Source: Octopus sinensis
Lineage: Eukaryota
NCBI RefSeq assembly: GCF_006345805.1
Contig: NW_021834909.1
Span: 1-44,683 of the forward strand
Length of the DNA stretch: 44,683 bases
Reading direction: 5' to 3'
Shown: positions 23,729 through 35,424 of the stretch, piece by piece
Numbering within the stretch: position 1 is the first letter of the stretch
How the letters are laid out: each line of letters begins with the position of its first letter
The notes under the pieces: model-generated
What the model saw: the letters and a program-made list of their open reading frames with translations, nothing else
Told to the model about the DNA's origin: nothing
Databases searched by the model: none
Program-made: the position numbers and the translations under genes

Positions 23729-26700
23729 AAAAGGGCTTAGTAAAATAAATTACTTTGCCGCATACTGACTCATTAGAAATAGCAGCTAAAAAACTTTTTT
23801 AAAGCTATTTCTAATACTTAAGAAAATCTCTCTCTATATAGTGTTTGCTTAATTCAACTCACAAAAGTTTGGCGGTAAGGACATCGAAAAATCAAATGCT
23901 AAGGCTATTTGAGAACGTACGTTTCAAGATTAGTCAAAACAACACTTCTATCATCAGCTCAGAAATTCCTTGGTTTGGATTTGGAACACTGAAAATAAGA
24001 ACACCCTTTCGAAGATCTGCTCGTAACTAACAGTGCCAACAAATTCAAATAAGCAAGCGAAGAATCTCTGTTCTCCCCTTTTCCACCACGTGGGTTAAAA
24101 TCATCAAACACTATGCTTATTTCGTTCGTAAATCCGAAGCATTAATCAGAGGGAGATTAATTATAATTTCAACAATTGAGGGCAAAATTAATTAATTATT
24201 AATCAATTTCACCAGTGTTCAGTATGCAAGGGACCATTCAAGGCGAATTCAAATTATTACATTATATAAAAGGGCTTAGTAAAATAAATTACTTGCCGCA
24301 TACTGAACTCATTAGAAATAGCAGCTAAAAACTTTTTTAAAGCTTTTCAATACTTAAAGAAAATCTCTCTCATATATAGTGTTGCTTAATTCAACTCACA
24401 AAAGTTTGGGGGTAAGGACATCGAAAAATCAAATGCTAAGGTTATTTGAGAACGTACTTTTCAAGATTAGTCAAAACAACACTTCTATCATCAGCTCAAA
24501 ATTCCCTTGGTTTGGATTTGGAAACACTGAAAATAAGAACATACCCTTTCGAAGATCTGCTCGTAACTAACAGTGCCAACAAATTCAATAAGCAAGCGAA
24601 GAATCTCTGTTCTCCCCTTTCCACCAGCGTGGTTAAAATCATCAAACACTATGCTTATTTCGGTAAAATCCGAAGCATTATCAGAGGGAGATTAATTATA
24701 TTTCAACAATTGAGGGCAAAATTAATTATTATTATCAATTTCACCAAGTGTTCAGTATGCAAAGGGACCATTCAAGGCGAATTCAAATTATTACATTATA
24801 TAAAAGGGCTTAGTAAAATAAATTACTTTGCCGCATACTGAACTCATTAGAATAGCAGCTAAAAACTTTTTTAAAGCTATTTCTAATACTTAAAGAAAAT
24901 CTCTCTCATATATAGTTTTGCTAATTCAACTCACAAAAGTTTGGGGGTAAGGACATCGAAAAATTCTAAGGTTATTTGAGAACGTACGTTTCAAGATTAG
25001 TCAAAACAACACTTCTATCATCAGCTCAGAAATTCCTTGGTTTGGATTTGGAAACACTGAAAATAAGAACATACCCTTTCGAAGATCTGCTCGTAACTAA
25101 CATGCCAACAAATTCAAATAAGCAAGCGAAGAATCTCTGTTCTCCCCTTTCCACCAGCGTGGGTTAAAATCATCAAACACTATGCTTATTTCGGTAAAAT
25201 CCGAAGCATTAATCAGAGGGAGATTAATTATAATTTCAACAATTGAGGGCAAAATTAATTAATTATTAATCAATTTCACCAAGTGTTCAGTATGCCAAGG
25301 GACCATTCAAGGCGAATTCAAATTATTACATTATATAAAAGGGCTTAGTAAAATAAATTACTTTGCCGCATACTGAACTCATAGAAATAGCAGCTAAAAA
25401 ACTTTTTTAAAGCTATTTCTAATACTTAAAGAAAATCTCTCTCATATATAGTGTTTGCTTAATTCAACTCACAAAAGTTTGGGTGTAAGGACATCGAAAA
25501 ATCAATGCTAAGGTTATTTGAGAACGTACGTTTCAATTAGTCAAAACAACACTTCTATCATCAGCTCAGAAATTCCTGGTTTGGATTTGGAACACTGAAA
25601 ATAAGAACATACCCTTTCGAAGATCTGCTCGTACTAACAGTGCCAACAAATTCAAATAAGCAAGCGAAGATCTCTGTTCTCTCCTTCCCCTTTCCACCAC
25701 GTGGGTTAAAATCATCAAACACTATGCTTATTTCGGTAAACCGAAGCATTATCAGAGGGAGATTAATTATAATTTCAACAATTGAGGGCAATTAATTAAT
25801 TATTAATCAATTTCACCAAGTGTTCAGTATGCAAAGGGACCATTCAAGGCGAATTCAAATTATTAATTATATAAAAGGGCTTAGTAAAATAAATTACTTT
25901 GCCGCATACTGAACTCATTAGAAATAGCAGCTTAAAACTTTTTTAAAGCTATTTCTAATACTTAAAGAAAATCTCTCTCATATAAGTGTTTGCTTAATTC
26001 AACTCACAAAAGTTTGGGGGTAAGGACATCGAAAAATGCTAAGGTTATTTGAGAACGTACGTTTCAAGATTAGTCAAAACAACACTTCTATCATCACTCA
26101 GAAATTCCTTGGTTTGGATTTGGAAACACTGAAAATAAGAAATACCCTTTCGAAGATCTGCTCGTAACTAACAGTGCCAACAAATTCAAATAAGCAAGCG
26201 AAGATCTCTGTTCTCCCCTTTTCCACCACGTGGGTTAAAATCATCAAACACTATGCTTATTTCGGTAAAATCCGAAGCATAATCAGAGGGAGTTAATTAT
26301 AATTTCAACATTGAGGGCAAAATTAATTAATTATTATCAATTTCACCAAGTGTTCAGTAGCAAAGGGACCATTCAAGGCGAATTCAAATTATTACATTAT
26401 ATAAAAGGGCTAGTAAATAAATTACTTTGCCGCATACTGAACTCATTAGAAATAGCAGCTAAAAAACTTTTTTAAGCTATTTCTAATACTTAAAGAAAAT
26501 CTCTCTCATATATAGTGTTTGCTTAATTCAACTCACAAAAGTTTGGTGTAAGGACATCGAAAAATCAAATGCTAAGGTTATTTGAGAACGTACTTTTCAA
26601 GATTAGTCAAAACAACACTTCTATCATCAGCTCAGAATTCCTTGGTTTGGATTTGGAAACACTGAAAATAAGAACATACCCTTTCGAAGATCTGCTCGTA

Positions 26701-28575
26701 ACTAACAGTGCCAACAAATTCAAATAAGCAAGCGAAGAATCTCTGTTCTCCTCCCCTTTCCACCAGCGTGGGTTAAAATCATCAAACACTATGCTTATTT
26801 CGGTAAAATCCGAAGCATTAATCAGAGGGAGATTAATTATAATTTCAACAATTGAGGGCAAAATTATTAATTATTAATCATTTCACCAAGTGTTCAGTAT
26901 GCAAAGGGACCATTCAAGGCGAATTCAATTATTACATTATATAAAAGGGCTTAGTAAAATAAATTACTTTGCCGCATACTGAACTCATTAGAAATAGCAG
27001 CTAAAAAACTTTTTTAAAGCTATTTCTAATACTTAAAGAAAATCTCTCTCATATATAGTGTTTGCTTAATTCAACTCACAAAAGTTTGGGGTAAGGACAT
27101 CGAAAAATGCTAAGGTTATTTGAGAACGTACGTTTCAAGATTAGTAAAACAACACTTCTATCATCAGCTCAGAATTCCTTGGTTTGGATTTGGAAACACT
27201 GAAAATAAGAACATACCCTTTCGAAGATCTGCTCGTAACTAACAGTGCCAAAAAATTCAAATAAGCAAGCGAAGAATCTCTGTTCTCCCCTTCCACCAGC
27301 GTGGGTTAAAATCATCAAACACTATGCTTATTTCGGTAAAATCCGAAGCATTAATCAGAGGGAGATTAATTATATTTCAACAATTGAGGGAAAATTAATT
27401 AATTATTAATCATTTCACCAAGTGTTCAGTATGCAAAGGGACCATTCAAGGCGAATTCAAATTATTACATATATAAAAGGCTTAGTAAAATAAATTACTT
27501 TGCCGCATACTGAACTCATTAGAAATATGCAGCTAAAAACTTTTTTAAAGCTATTTCTAATACTTAAAGAAAATCTCTCTCATATATAGTGTTTGCTTAA
27601 TTCAACTCACAAAAGTTTGGGGTAAGGACATCGAAAAATCAAATGCTAAGGTTATTTGAGAACGTACGTTTCAAGATTAGTCAAAACAACACTTCTAATC
27701 ATCAGCTCAAAATTCTTGGTTTTGATTTGGAACACTGAAAATAAGAACATACCCTTTCGAAGATCTGCTCGTAACTACAGTGCCACAAATTCAATAAGCA
27801 AGCGAAGAATCTCTGTTCTCCCCTTTCCACCAGCGTGGTTAAAATCATCAAACACTATGCTTATTTCGGTAAAATCCGAAGCATTAATCAGAGGGAGATT
27901 AATTATAATTTCAACAATTGAGGCAAAATTAATTAATTATTAATCAATTTCACCAAGTGTTCAGTATGCAAGGGACCATTCAAGGCGAATTCAAATTATT
28001 ACATTATATAAAAGGGCTTAGTAAAATAAATTACTTTGCCGCATACTGAACTCATTAGAAATAGCAGCTAAAAACTTTTTTAAAGCTATTCTAATACTTA
28101 AAGAAAATCTCTCTCATATATAGTGTTTGCTTAATTCAACTCACAAAAGTTTGGGGTAAGGACATCGAAAAATGCTAAGGTTATTTGAGAACGTACGTTT
28201 CAAGATTAGTCAAAACAACACTTCTATCATCAGCTCAGAAATTCCTTGGTTTGGATTTGGAAACCTGAAAATAAGAACATACCCTTTCGAAGATCTGCTC
28301 GTAACTAACAGTGCCAACAAATTCAAATAAGCAAGCGAAGAATCTCTGTTCTCCCCTTTCCACCCTCGTGGGGTTAAAATCATCAACACTATGCTTATTT
28401 CGGTAAAATCCGAAGCATTAATCAGAGGGAGATTAATTATAATTTCAACAATTGAGGGCAAAATTAATTAATTATTAATCAATTTCACCAAGTGTTCAGT
28501 ATGCAAAGGGACCATTCAAGGCGAATTCAAATTATTACATTATATAAAAGGGCTTAGTAAAATAAATTACTTTGC
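23729..28575 (-). repeat. Tandem array, 9 full copies of a ~535-bp hammerhead-containing unit
   Basis: Unit starts (aaaagggcttag) at about 23729, 24268, 24802, 25337, 25873, 26403, 26943, 27475 and 28010, with a 30-bp partial at 28546. Strand is the hammerhead sense. Confidence 0.98.
23910..23961 (-). ncRNA. Type I hammerhead ribozyme, unit 1 (also at ~24447, 24977, 25519, 26050, 26583, 27121, 27657, 28186)
   Basis: UGAG-CUGAUGA-U-AGA..UCU-U-GAAAC-GUAC-GUU-CUCA. Stem I extends via AAGG/CCUU. Confidence 0.75.
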
Positions 28576-28673
28576 TTGCTTATTTGAATTTGTTGGCACT
28601 GTTAGTTACGAGCAGATCTTCGAAAGGGTATGTTCTTATTTTCAGTGTTTCCAAATCCAAACCAAGGAATTTC

Positions 28674-28725
28674 TGAGCTGATGATAGAAGTGTTGTTTTG
28701 ACTAATCTTGAAACGTACGTTCTCA
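28674..28725 (+). ncRNA. Type I hammerhead ribozyme (inverted block, copy 1)
   Basis: tgagctgatgatagaagtgttgttttgactaatcttgaaacgtacgttctca read directly. Confidence 0.75.
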
Positions 28726-29217
28726 AATAACCTTAGCATTTGATTTTTCGATGTCCTTACCCCCAAACTTTTGTGAGTTGAATTAAGCAAACACTATATA
28801 TGAGAGAGATTTTCTTTAAGTATTAGAAATAGCTTTAAAAAAGTTTTTTAGCTGCTATTTCTAATGAGTTCAGTATGGCGGCAAAGTAATTTATTTTACT
28901 AAGCCCTTTTATATAATGTAATAATTTGAATTCGCCTGAATGGTCCCTTTGCATACTGAACACTTGGTGAAATTGATTAATAATTAATTAAATTTGCCCT
29001 CAATTGTTGAATTATAATTAATCTCCCTCTGATTAATGCTTCGGATTTTACCGAAATAAGCATAGTGTTTGATGATTTTAACCCACGCTGGTGGAAAGGG
29101 GAGAACAGAGATTCTTCGCTTGCTTATTTGAATTTGTTGGCACTGTTAGTTACGAGCAGATCTTCGAAAGGGTATGTTCTTATTTTCAGTGTTTCCAAAT
29201 CCACACCAAGGAATTTC

Positions 29218-29269
29218 TGAGCTGATGATAGAAGTGTTGTTTTGACTAATCTTGAAACGTACGTTCTCA
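29218..29269 (+). ncRNA. Type I hammerhead ribozyme (inverted block, copy 2)
   Basis: Same sequence as 28674-28725. Confidence 0.75.
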
Positions 29270-29553
29270 AATACCTTAGCATTTGATTTTTCGATGTCCT
29301 TACCCCCAAACTTTTGTGAGTTGAATTAAGCAACACTATATATGAGAGAGATTTTCTTTAAGTATTAGAATAGCTTTAAAAAAGTTTTTTAGCTGCTATT
29401 TCTAATGAGTTCAGTATGCGGCAAAGTAATTTATTTTACTAAGCCCTTTTATATAATGTAATAATTTGAATTCGCCTTGAATGGTCCCTTTGCATACTGA
29501 ACACTTGGTGAAATTGATTAATATTAATTAATTTTGCCCTCAATTGTTGAAAT

Positions 29554-29584
<31 letters not shown>

Positions 29585-29637
29585 TATGCAATTGCTAAAA
29601 AAACATTCGTGAAGTAAAATCATGTAGCAACACCAAA

Positions 29638-29700
29638 TGGCGGTGCCCCGGATGGCCACAGCTCATGAGCTGCAACTAGATAAAATAAAAAAAAAGAAGA
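29638..29700 (+). mobile_element. CR1-like LINE 3' tail
   Basis: tggcggtgccccggatggccacagctcatgagctgcaactag plus an A-rich tail. Matches the tail at 33611-33652. Confidence 0.65.
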
Positions 29701-29743
29701 AATAAATAAAATTATACATATATATATATACATATATATATAT

Positions 29744-29774
<31 letters not shown>

Positions 29775-29779
29775 GTATG

Positions 29780-29817
<38 letters not shown>

Positions 29818-29907
29818 AATGTATATATATATATATACACATATATACATATATATACATATATATGCATATATACATGTTTTTTTTTTGTGCTTTCTTG
29901 TTTGGAT

Positions 29908-29947
<40 letters not shown>

Positions 29948-30202
29948 ATACATCCCCTAAAATTGCATCTACGTGTAGTTATCCATATTTGTGTATATTA
30001 GTGTTTCTGCATAGGAACGTATATTACATATATATACATACAAACGCATATGCCTACATATATATATATATATATATATATATAAGACGGAAACATATTT
30101 TTGTTGGTTTTGTGACGTGGATGAAACGTTCCTAAATCAAGTGAGGCCGTCATACAGACAGATATTGAAATTTACATAGATACACACACACAAACACACA
30201 CA

Positions 30203-30236
<34 letters not shown>

Positions 30237-30292
30237 TCTATGTGTATGTGCTTGCGTGTGCGTTTGTGTGTGCTTGTATATACATGCACGCA

Positions 30293-30515
30293 TTTACTCT
30301 TTTATATGTTTCAGTCATTTGACTGCGCCCATGCTGGAGCACCGCCTTTTGTCGACCAAATCGACCCGAGGACTTATCCCTTGTAAGCCTAGTACTTATT
30401 CAATCGGTCTCTTTTGCCGAACCGCTAGGTTACGTGGACGTAAGCACACCAGCATCGGTTGTGAAGCGATGTTGGGGGGACAAACACAGACACACAAACA
30501 TATACACCCACATAC

Positions 30516-30562
<47 letters not shown>

Positions 30563-30718
30563 TACGACGGGTTTCTTAAGTTTCCGTCTACCAGATCCAC
30601 TCACAAGGCTGTGGTTGCCCCGTGGATATTGTAGAAGACACTTACCCAAGGTGCGGCGCAGTGGGACTGAACCCGAAACCACGTGGTTCGTTAGCAAGCT
30701 ACTTACCACACAGCCACA
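30293..30718 (-). mobile_element. SINE family A
   Basis: Full-length reverse-complement copy. Confidence 0.9.
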
Positions 30719-31169
30719 CGTATACTTATACATATATCCATCGGTATGTATACATTTCGTATTACATATATAAGCACACATATGTTTGTATTCACTGGCT
30801 TTCGAAGAACCATGCAACACCAGTGAACCAGCGAAGAAACAGGATAGGGCACAGAACGAAATTATGACACAATGCATAAGGAACACAAGAGGAAAGATCG
30901 TAGCTCTAACATAGTAAAATTTTCAGTTTGAGCTTGAAGGTAGGGTAGACAAATATGTGTTTGTGCTCAAACCAAGGAAGCTAATGACCTGAGCTAAAGT
31001 GATGCAAATATCTTTCATAGGAGTAACAATAGCAGATAAAGATACTTAAATACTTAAACAAATTGAGGTCAGAGTTGGCCCCTGACGTTATTAACTTAAT
31101 AGCGTCACCTAGGAAAAGACTAGGTTTCCAATTAGAAAAACCTATTCTTTTCTGAGTACTAAACTCATT

Positions 31170-31278
31170 CAAGAGGGTTTTCTGGCCAGGGTCTGTAGCA
31201 GAAGGCACTTTCCTAAGGTATTACACATTAGGAATGAACCCGAAATCACACAGGTGGGAAGTAAACTTCTTACCACAG
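31170..31278 (-). mobile_element. SINE family A head, diverged
   Basis: Closely matches 32325-32434. Confidence 0.65.
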
Positions 31279-31317
31279 AAGATGTTTATAAGGTGTTTAT
31301 AACAGCATCTCAAATAC

Positions 31318-31610
31318 AGGCGTATACATGGGAATACGCACGTTTAACCTCACAAAAACATATATGTGAATGTATGACATGTTTTCTTTCGGCACTGTAG
31401 CCCACCCGAGTAGAGAATCATTATTTGCAGAGATATACCTGGTTGTAGACAGTGCATCTGGAATTTCTTGGAGATATTCATCCCAGAATCGTTTGAGTGT
31501 TTTGAAATTTTCTAGTTTCCTCGTGACTCCTAGCAAGACATTAAAGGGAGTAGGGACAACTGAGGTGAAATAATTCTGTTTTAGTGTTATAATGTGAGGC
31601 GATGCGTATA
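31318..31610 (-). mobile_element. CR1-like LINE 3' fragment (second family)
   Basis: Translates NYFTSVVPTPFNVL..KRFWDEYLQEIPD..YISANNDSLL, resembling a CR1-clade ORF2 C-terminus. Its ~50-bp tail recurs at 33428-33479. Confidence 0.55.
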
Positions 31611-31979
31611 AGATGTTTTGCGCAGCACAAAAAATAAATATTACGGAGATGTACATGCATAGCAAGTGACTTGATCTGAGATCGTGTGCTGAAACAAAAA
31701 CAATTGTAGCGTGTTTATCAGGTGTTTATAAGCCATTTAATAAACACACAAAAACCGTTAAATTCACTTCAACATTTAAATTTAATTTGCCAAAATATTT
31801 TTCTTCGCTTTGAGACTGCGACCTGTTCATTGACAAAATTCCGTGCTGCAAATAAACAATTAAATAAATAATTGTTGTAGAAAATTTAGAGCCACGAAAA
31901 TGCCTCTTGCTGTTCTCTTAAAATACAAACAACTATTAGATCACACAGTACTAAATGCACTAACACATACGTAGATTAT

Positions 31980-32437
31980 TTTACTTGATTCATTAATCAG
32001 ATTGTAGCCATAATGGGCACCACCTTGAAGCGTTTTGACGAACAAATCTAAACAAAACTTATTTTACGCCTTGATGCTTATTCTATCAGCTTCTGCAGAA
32101 TCGCTAGTATACGGAACGTAAACAAACCAACGCCGGTTGCAAGTGGCAGTGGGCGATAAACATAAAGAGGAACACACGTGTAGATATATTCATGTAGGTA
32201 CCTACCTACCTACCTACCTACCTACCTACACACACACACACAAACACACATCTACATGTATGTGTGTATAACTAAACAAACTCACACGACAAATTTCTTT
32301 TAGTTTCTGTGTACCAAACCTTTTCAAGAGGGGTTTCTGGCCAGGGTCCCTAGCAGAAGGCACTTGCCCAAGGTATTAAACATCAGGAATGAACCCGGAA
32401 GCACACAGGCGGGGAGTAAACTTCTTACCACAGAGCA
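31980..32437 (-). mobile_element. SINE family A, old diverged copy
   Basis: Degenerate tail, body and head are colinear with the family. Confidence 0.65.
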
Positions 32438-32572
32438 ACCCCATATATAAATGCGTGTATGTATGCATGTATGCATACATACATGTCTATGTATTCGTTT
32501 GTATGTAGGTACGTACGTATGTAAATATGTACGTACGTGCGTATGTATGTATGTTTGTATGCATGTATGTTA

Positions 32573-32612
<40 letters not shown>

Positions 32613-32833
32613 CTGTTCTGTCTAGCATGCAAGGAGTCCTATGATGGATGCCCCTTACGTGTTTAATTGTACACTGTATTTATATGAATAATATATAGAC
32701 TATTGACTAATTTTTTACTCGCTAGGCCACTGGTAGTAGAAATTGCTAATCTTTCTTATTACCTTGATATTATTAATCATATATATGTGTGTGTGTGTAT
32801 GTGTGTGTATGTATATATGCTATCTATATATAA

Positions 32834-32884
<51 letters not shown>

Positions 32885-33561
32885 ATATATATATATGTTT
32901 ACATATATATATTTGTATATTTATACACTCAAAGAGGATCTATTGCGCTATCTGCTTTCGCGATATTGATAAAAGAATGAATGTAATCTTGCGCAAAATT
33001 TCTCACCGCTTACATAGATATCGCGGTTGGCAAAGAGGTGTTCCTGTATTTTTGTCACATCTTGTATGCTACATAATCTAGAAAACGATTTGTAGCTTAT
33101 TAACTACTCGCTCTTTACTACGTATGTCATTTCCGAACTGATACAATCTATATTATTTCATTGCTTTCTGACTTCGAATATTTTGTTAATGATTTCTGCA
33201 TGAGAAGCCATACCAGGCGGACCATCAGGGATCTCTGCATATATAGCTTGAAGATATTGAGGGAACGTAGTGTTAGGATATTGTATTTTTTTTCTCAAAA
33301 CCGTCATAGCTTCATTGACGTATCGGTGTATGTACTCTCCTCGTTTACATCATGGCGCTTCTTTCGTTGATATTTCCCCCTTTCTGTTTCACCGTGTAAT
33401 TTCACGAATTTACAGGAACGCAAATGCAGGCGTATACAGAGGAATACGCGTATTTAACCCCACAATAACATGTATGTGAATATATGCATTTAAACGATAT
33501 CAGGATAGGCCTTTATTGCTCTCTCTCTCCCTCTCTCTCTCTCTATATATATATACATACA

Positions 33562-33597
<36 letters not shown>

Positions 33598-33610
33598 TTT
33601 TTTTTTCTCT

Positions 33611-34068
33611 CTAGTTTCAGCTAAGAGCTGTGGCCATGCTGATGCACCTCCGTTTTGCTACACTGTTATTACTAAGAGCCTCCTCTAATATGTGGCACTT
33701 GGTGAAACATACATGGAGTTTGATATAGCTACCCACTTTTGCTCCTCTTGCCGTGAGGTAGTTTCATCTGGGACTCTCGACAGGAAGAGGTCTAACTTTG
33801 ATTTTAAAGAAACCCACACCTACTTTGTGCAAGTTCCTCAGACTCTTTGGGAGAATATTAAAAATATGTGTGCCCTTGAAACCCAGGCTGTTGCAGTAAC
33901 TGGTCCTGAAGCGTGATGACACTATGCATTGTCGTCCCGTTCTGGCATTGGTGTAGCTTTCAATCCCAAAATTTGGCACAATTCCTTCCAGGATCTTCCA
34001 AATATATATTACTCCCGTCTTCTCTCCAGGGAGTAGAGTCTTAGCTGTTTCAACCTTTCTCAGTAGCT
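33611..34068 (-). mobile_element. CR1-clade LINE 3' fragment
   Basis: SY*ERLKQLRLYSLERRRE..IWKILEGIVPNFGI..NSLGFKGTHIFNILPKSLRNL..LDLFLSRVPDE, then the tail cagcatggccacagctcttagctgaaactag. Confidence 0.85.
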
Positions 34069-34282
34069 AACCTGGTGCAGAGAGACGATCTTCCTTGTGA
34101 TATACATATATCGTAAGGAAGAGGGAGAGAGAGAAACGGAGAGATTGAGAGAGGGAGGGAGAGATGGATTGACAGATAGCTTCACGGGTATACATGTATA
34201 TCCATATATATACGAATACGTATATATACAGATAGATACATAAATACATATCTCTCTCTTTCTCTCTCTCTCTCACTATATG

Positions 34283-34313
<31 letters not shown>

Positions 34314-34342
34314 AAATATATGCATATGTTCAATAAACACAG

Positions 34343-34383
<41 letters not shown>

Positions 34384-34629
34384 TGTGTGTGTGGTGGGGG
34401 TCTCTGTGTATGCGTGTTTGTGTGTGTGTGTTCTGTACAGAACAGACACATTTTATATAGTCATTAAAATATATATATGTTTTATAAAACAATTCGAAGC
34501 TGTACGATTTTTAAAAAAGATATCTCAACTATTTTCGTAGCCATTACTCTCGTCCGTAGTCTCACTGGAGCAGAGACAACGGCATTGGATAGCATCTCTA
34601 AAAAAAGACATCGCCAACTACACAGACCA

Positions 34630-34796
34630 CACCACCAACAGCAATTCCAAGTTCACAACAGCAACGATAACAACAACATCACCACCACCAATACCACCAC
34701 AGCCACCACCATCACCACCACCACCACCACCACCACCACCACCACCACCACTACTATTGCTGCTACTACTATTACTTCTACTGCTGCGGCTGCTGA

Positions 34797-34886
<90 letters not shown>

Positions 34887-34980
34887 TGCTGCTTCTGCTG
34901 CTGCTGATTCCACTGCTGCTGCTGCTACTACTACACTACTACTACTACTACTGCTTCTGCAGCTGCAGCTACTACTACTG

Positions 34981-35012
<32 letters not shown>

Positions 35013-35055
35013 GCCACTACTACTTCTACTACTACTGCTGCTGCTGCTTCTGCTG

Positions 35056-35092
<37 letters not shown>

Positions 35093-35120
35093 CACTCTAC
35101 CACTACTACTATTACTACTG
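34630..35120. repeat. Compound trinucleotide repeat (AAC/ACC/ACT/GCT)n
   Basis: Direct reading. Confidence 0.97.
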
Positions 35121-35385
35121 CGACTGGTTGAAACAATACACATGTTATTAGTAAATCTGCCGTAGTAGAATTCTGATCCTTCCTATTGTTAGAATTGTAC
35201 CCCTCCCCTGCCGCCACCTCCTCCACCGCCGCACTTCTCCGCCATTGATCTTACATACATTTGTTGACGGAGATTAAAGATGGCGGAAAGAAGGTCAAAT
35301 CCAACGGAGATCGTCCGGCGAGTGTATAAAAATACATTTCCACAGATGAAGACTTTGACTTACACTCACACTTTCACGGAGAGAG

Positions 35386-35424
<39 letters not shown>

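Larger units (their letters stand above)
28576..29556 (+). repeat. Inverted ~1.8 copies of the same unit
   Basis: Reverse complement of the array unit, running into (TA)n at the right end. Confidence 0.98.

Noticed and set aside
23845-29336. Recurrent 60-130 aa ORFs within the array
   Set aside because: Frames differ between units, no motifs are recognisable, and they recur only because the DNA is repeated.
23729-29556. CRISPR array or 5S/tRNA/snRNA gene cluster
   Set aside because: Whole units repeat with no unique spacers, and I recognise no 5S, tRNA or snRNA sequence in the unit.
34477-35151. 224-aa ORF as a mucin-like or polyQ/T protein
   Set aside because: It is open only because the trinucleotide repeats lack stops in several frames.
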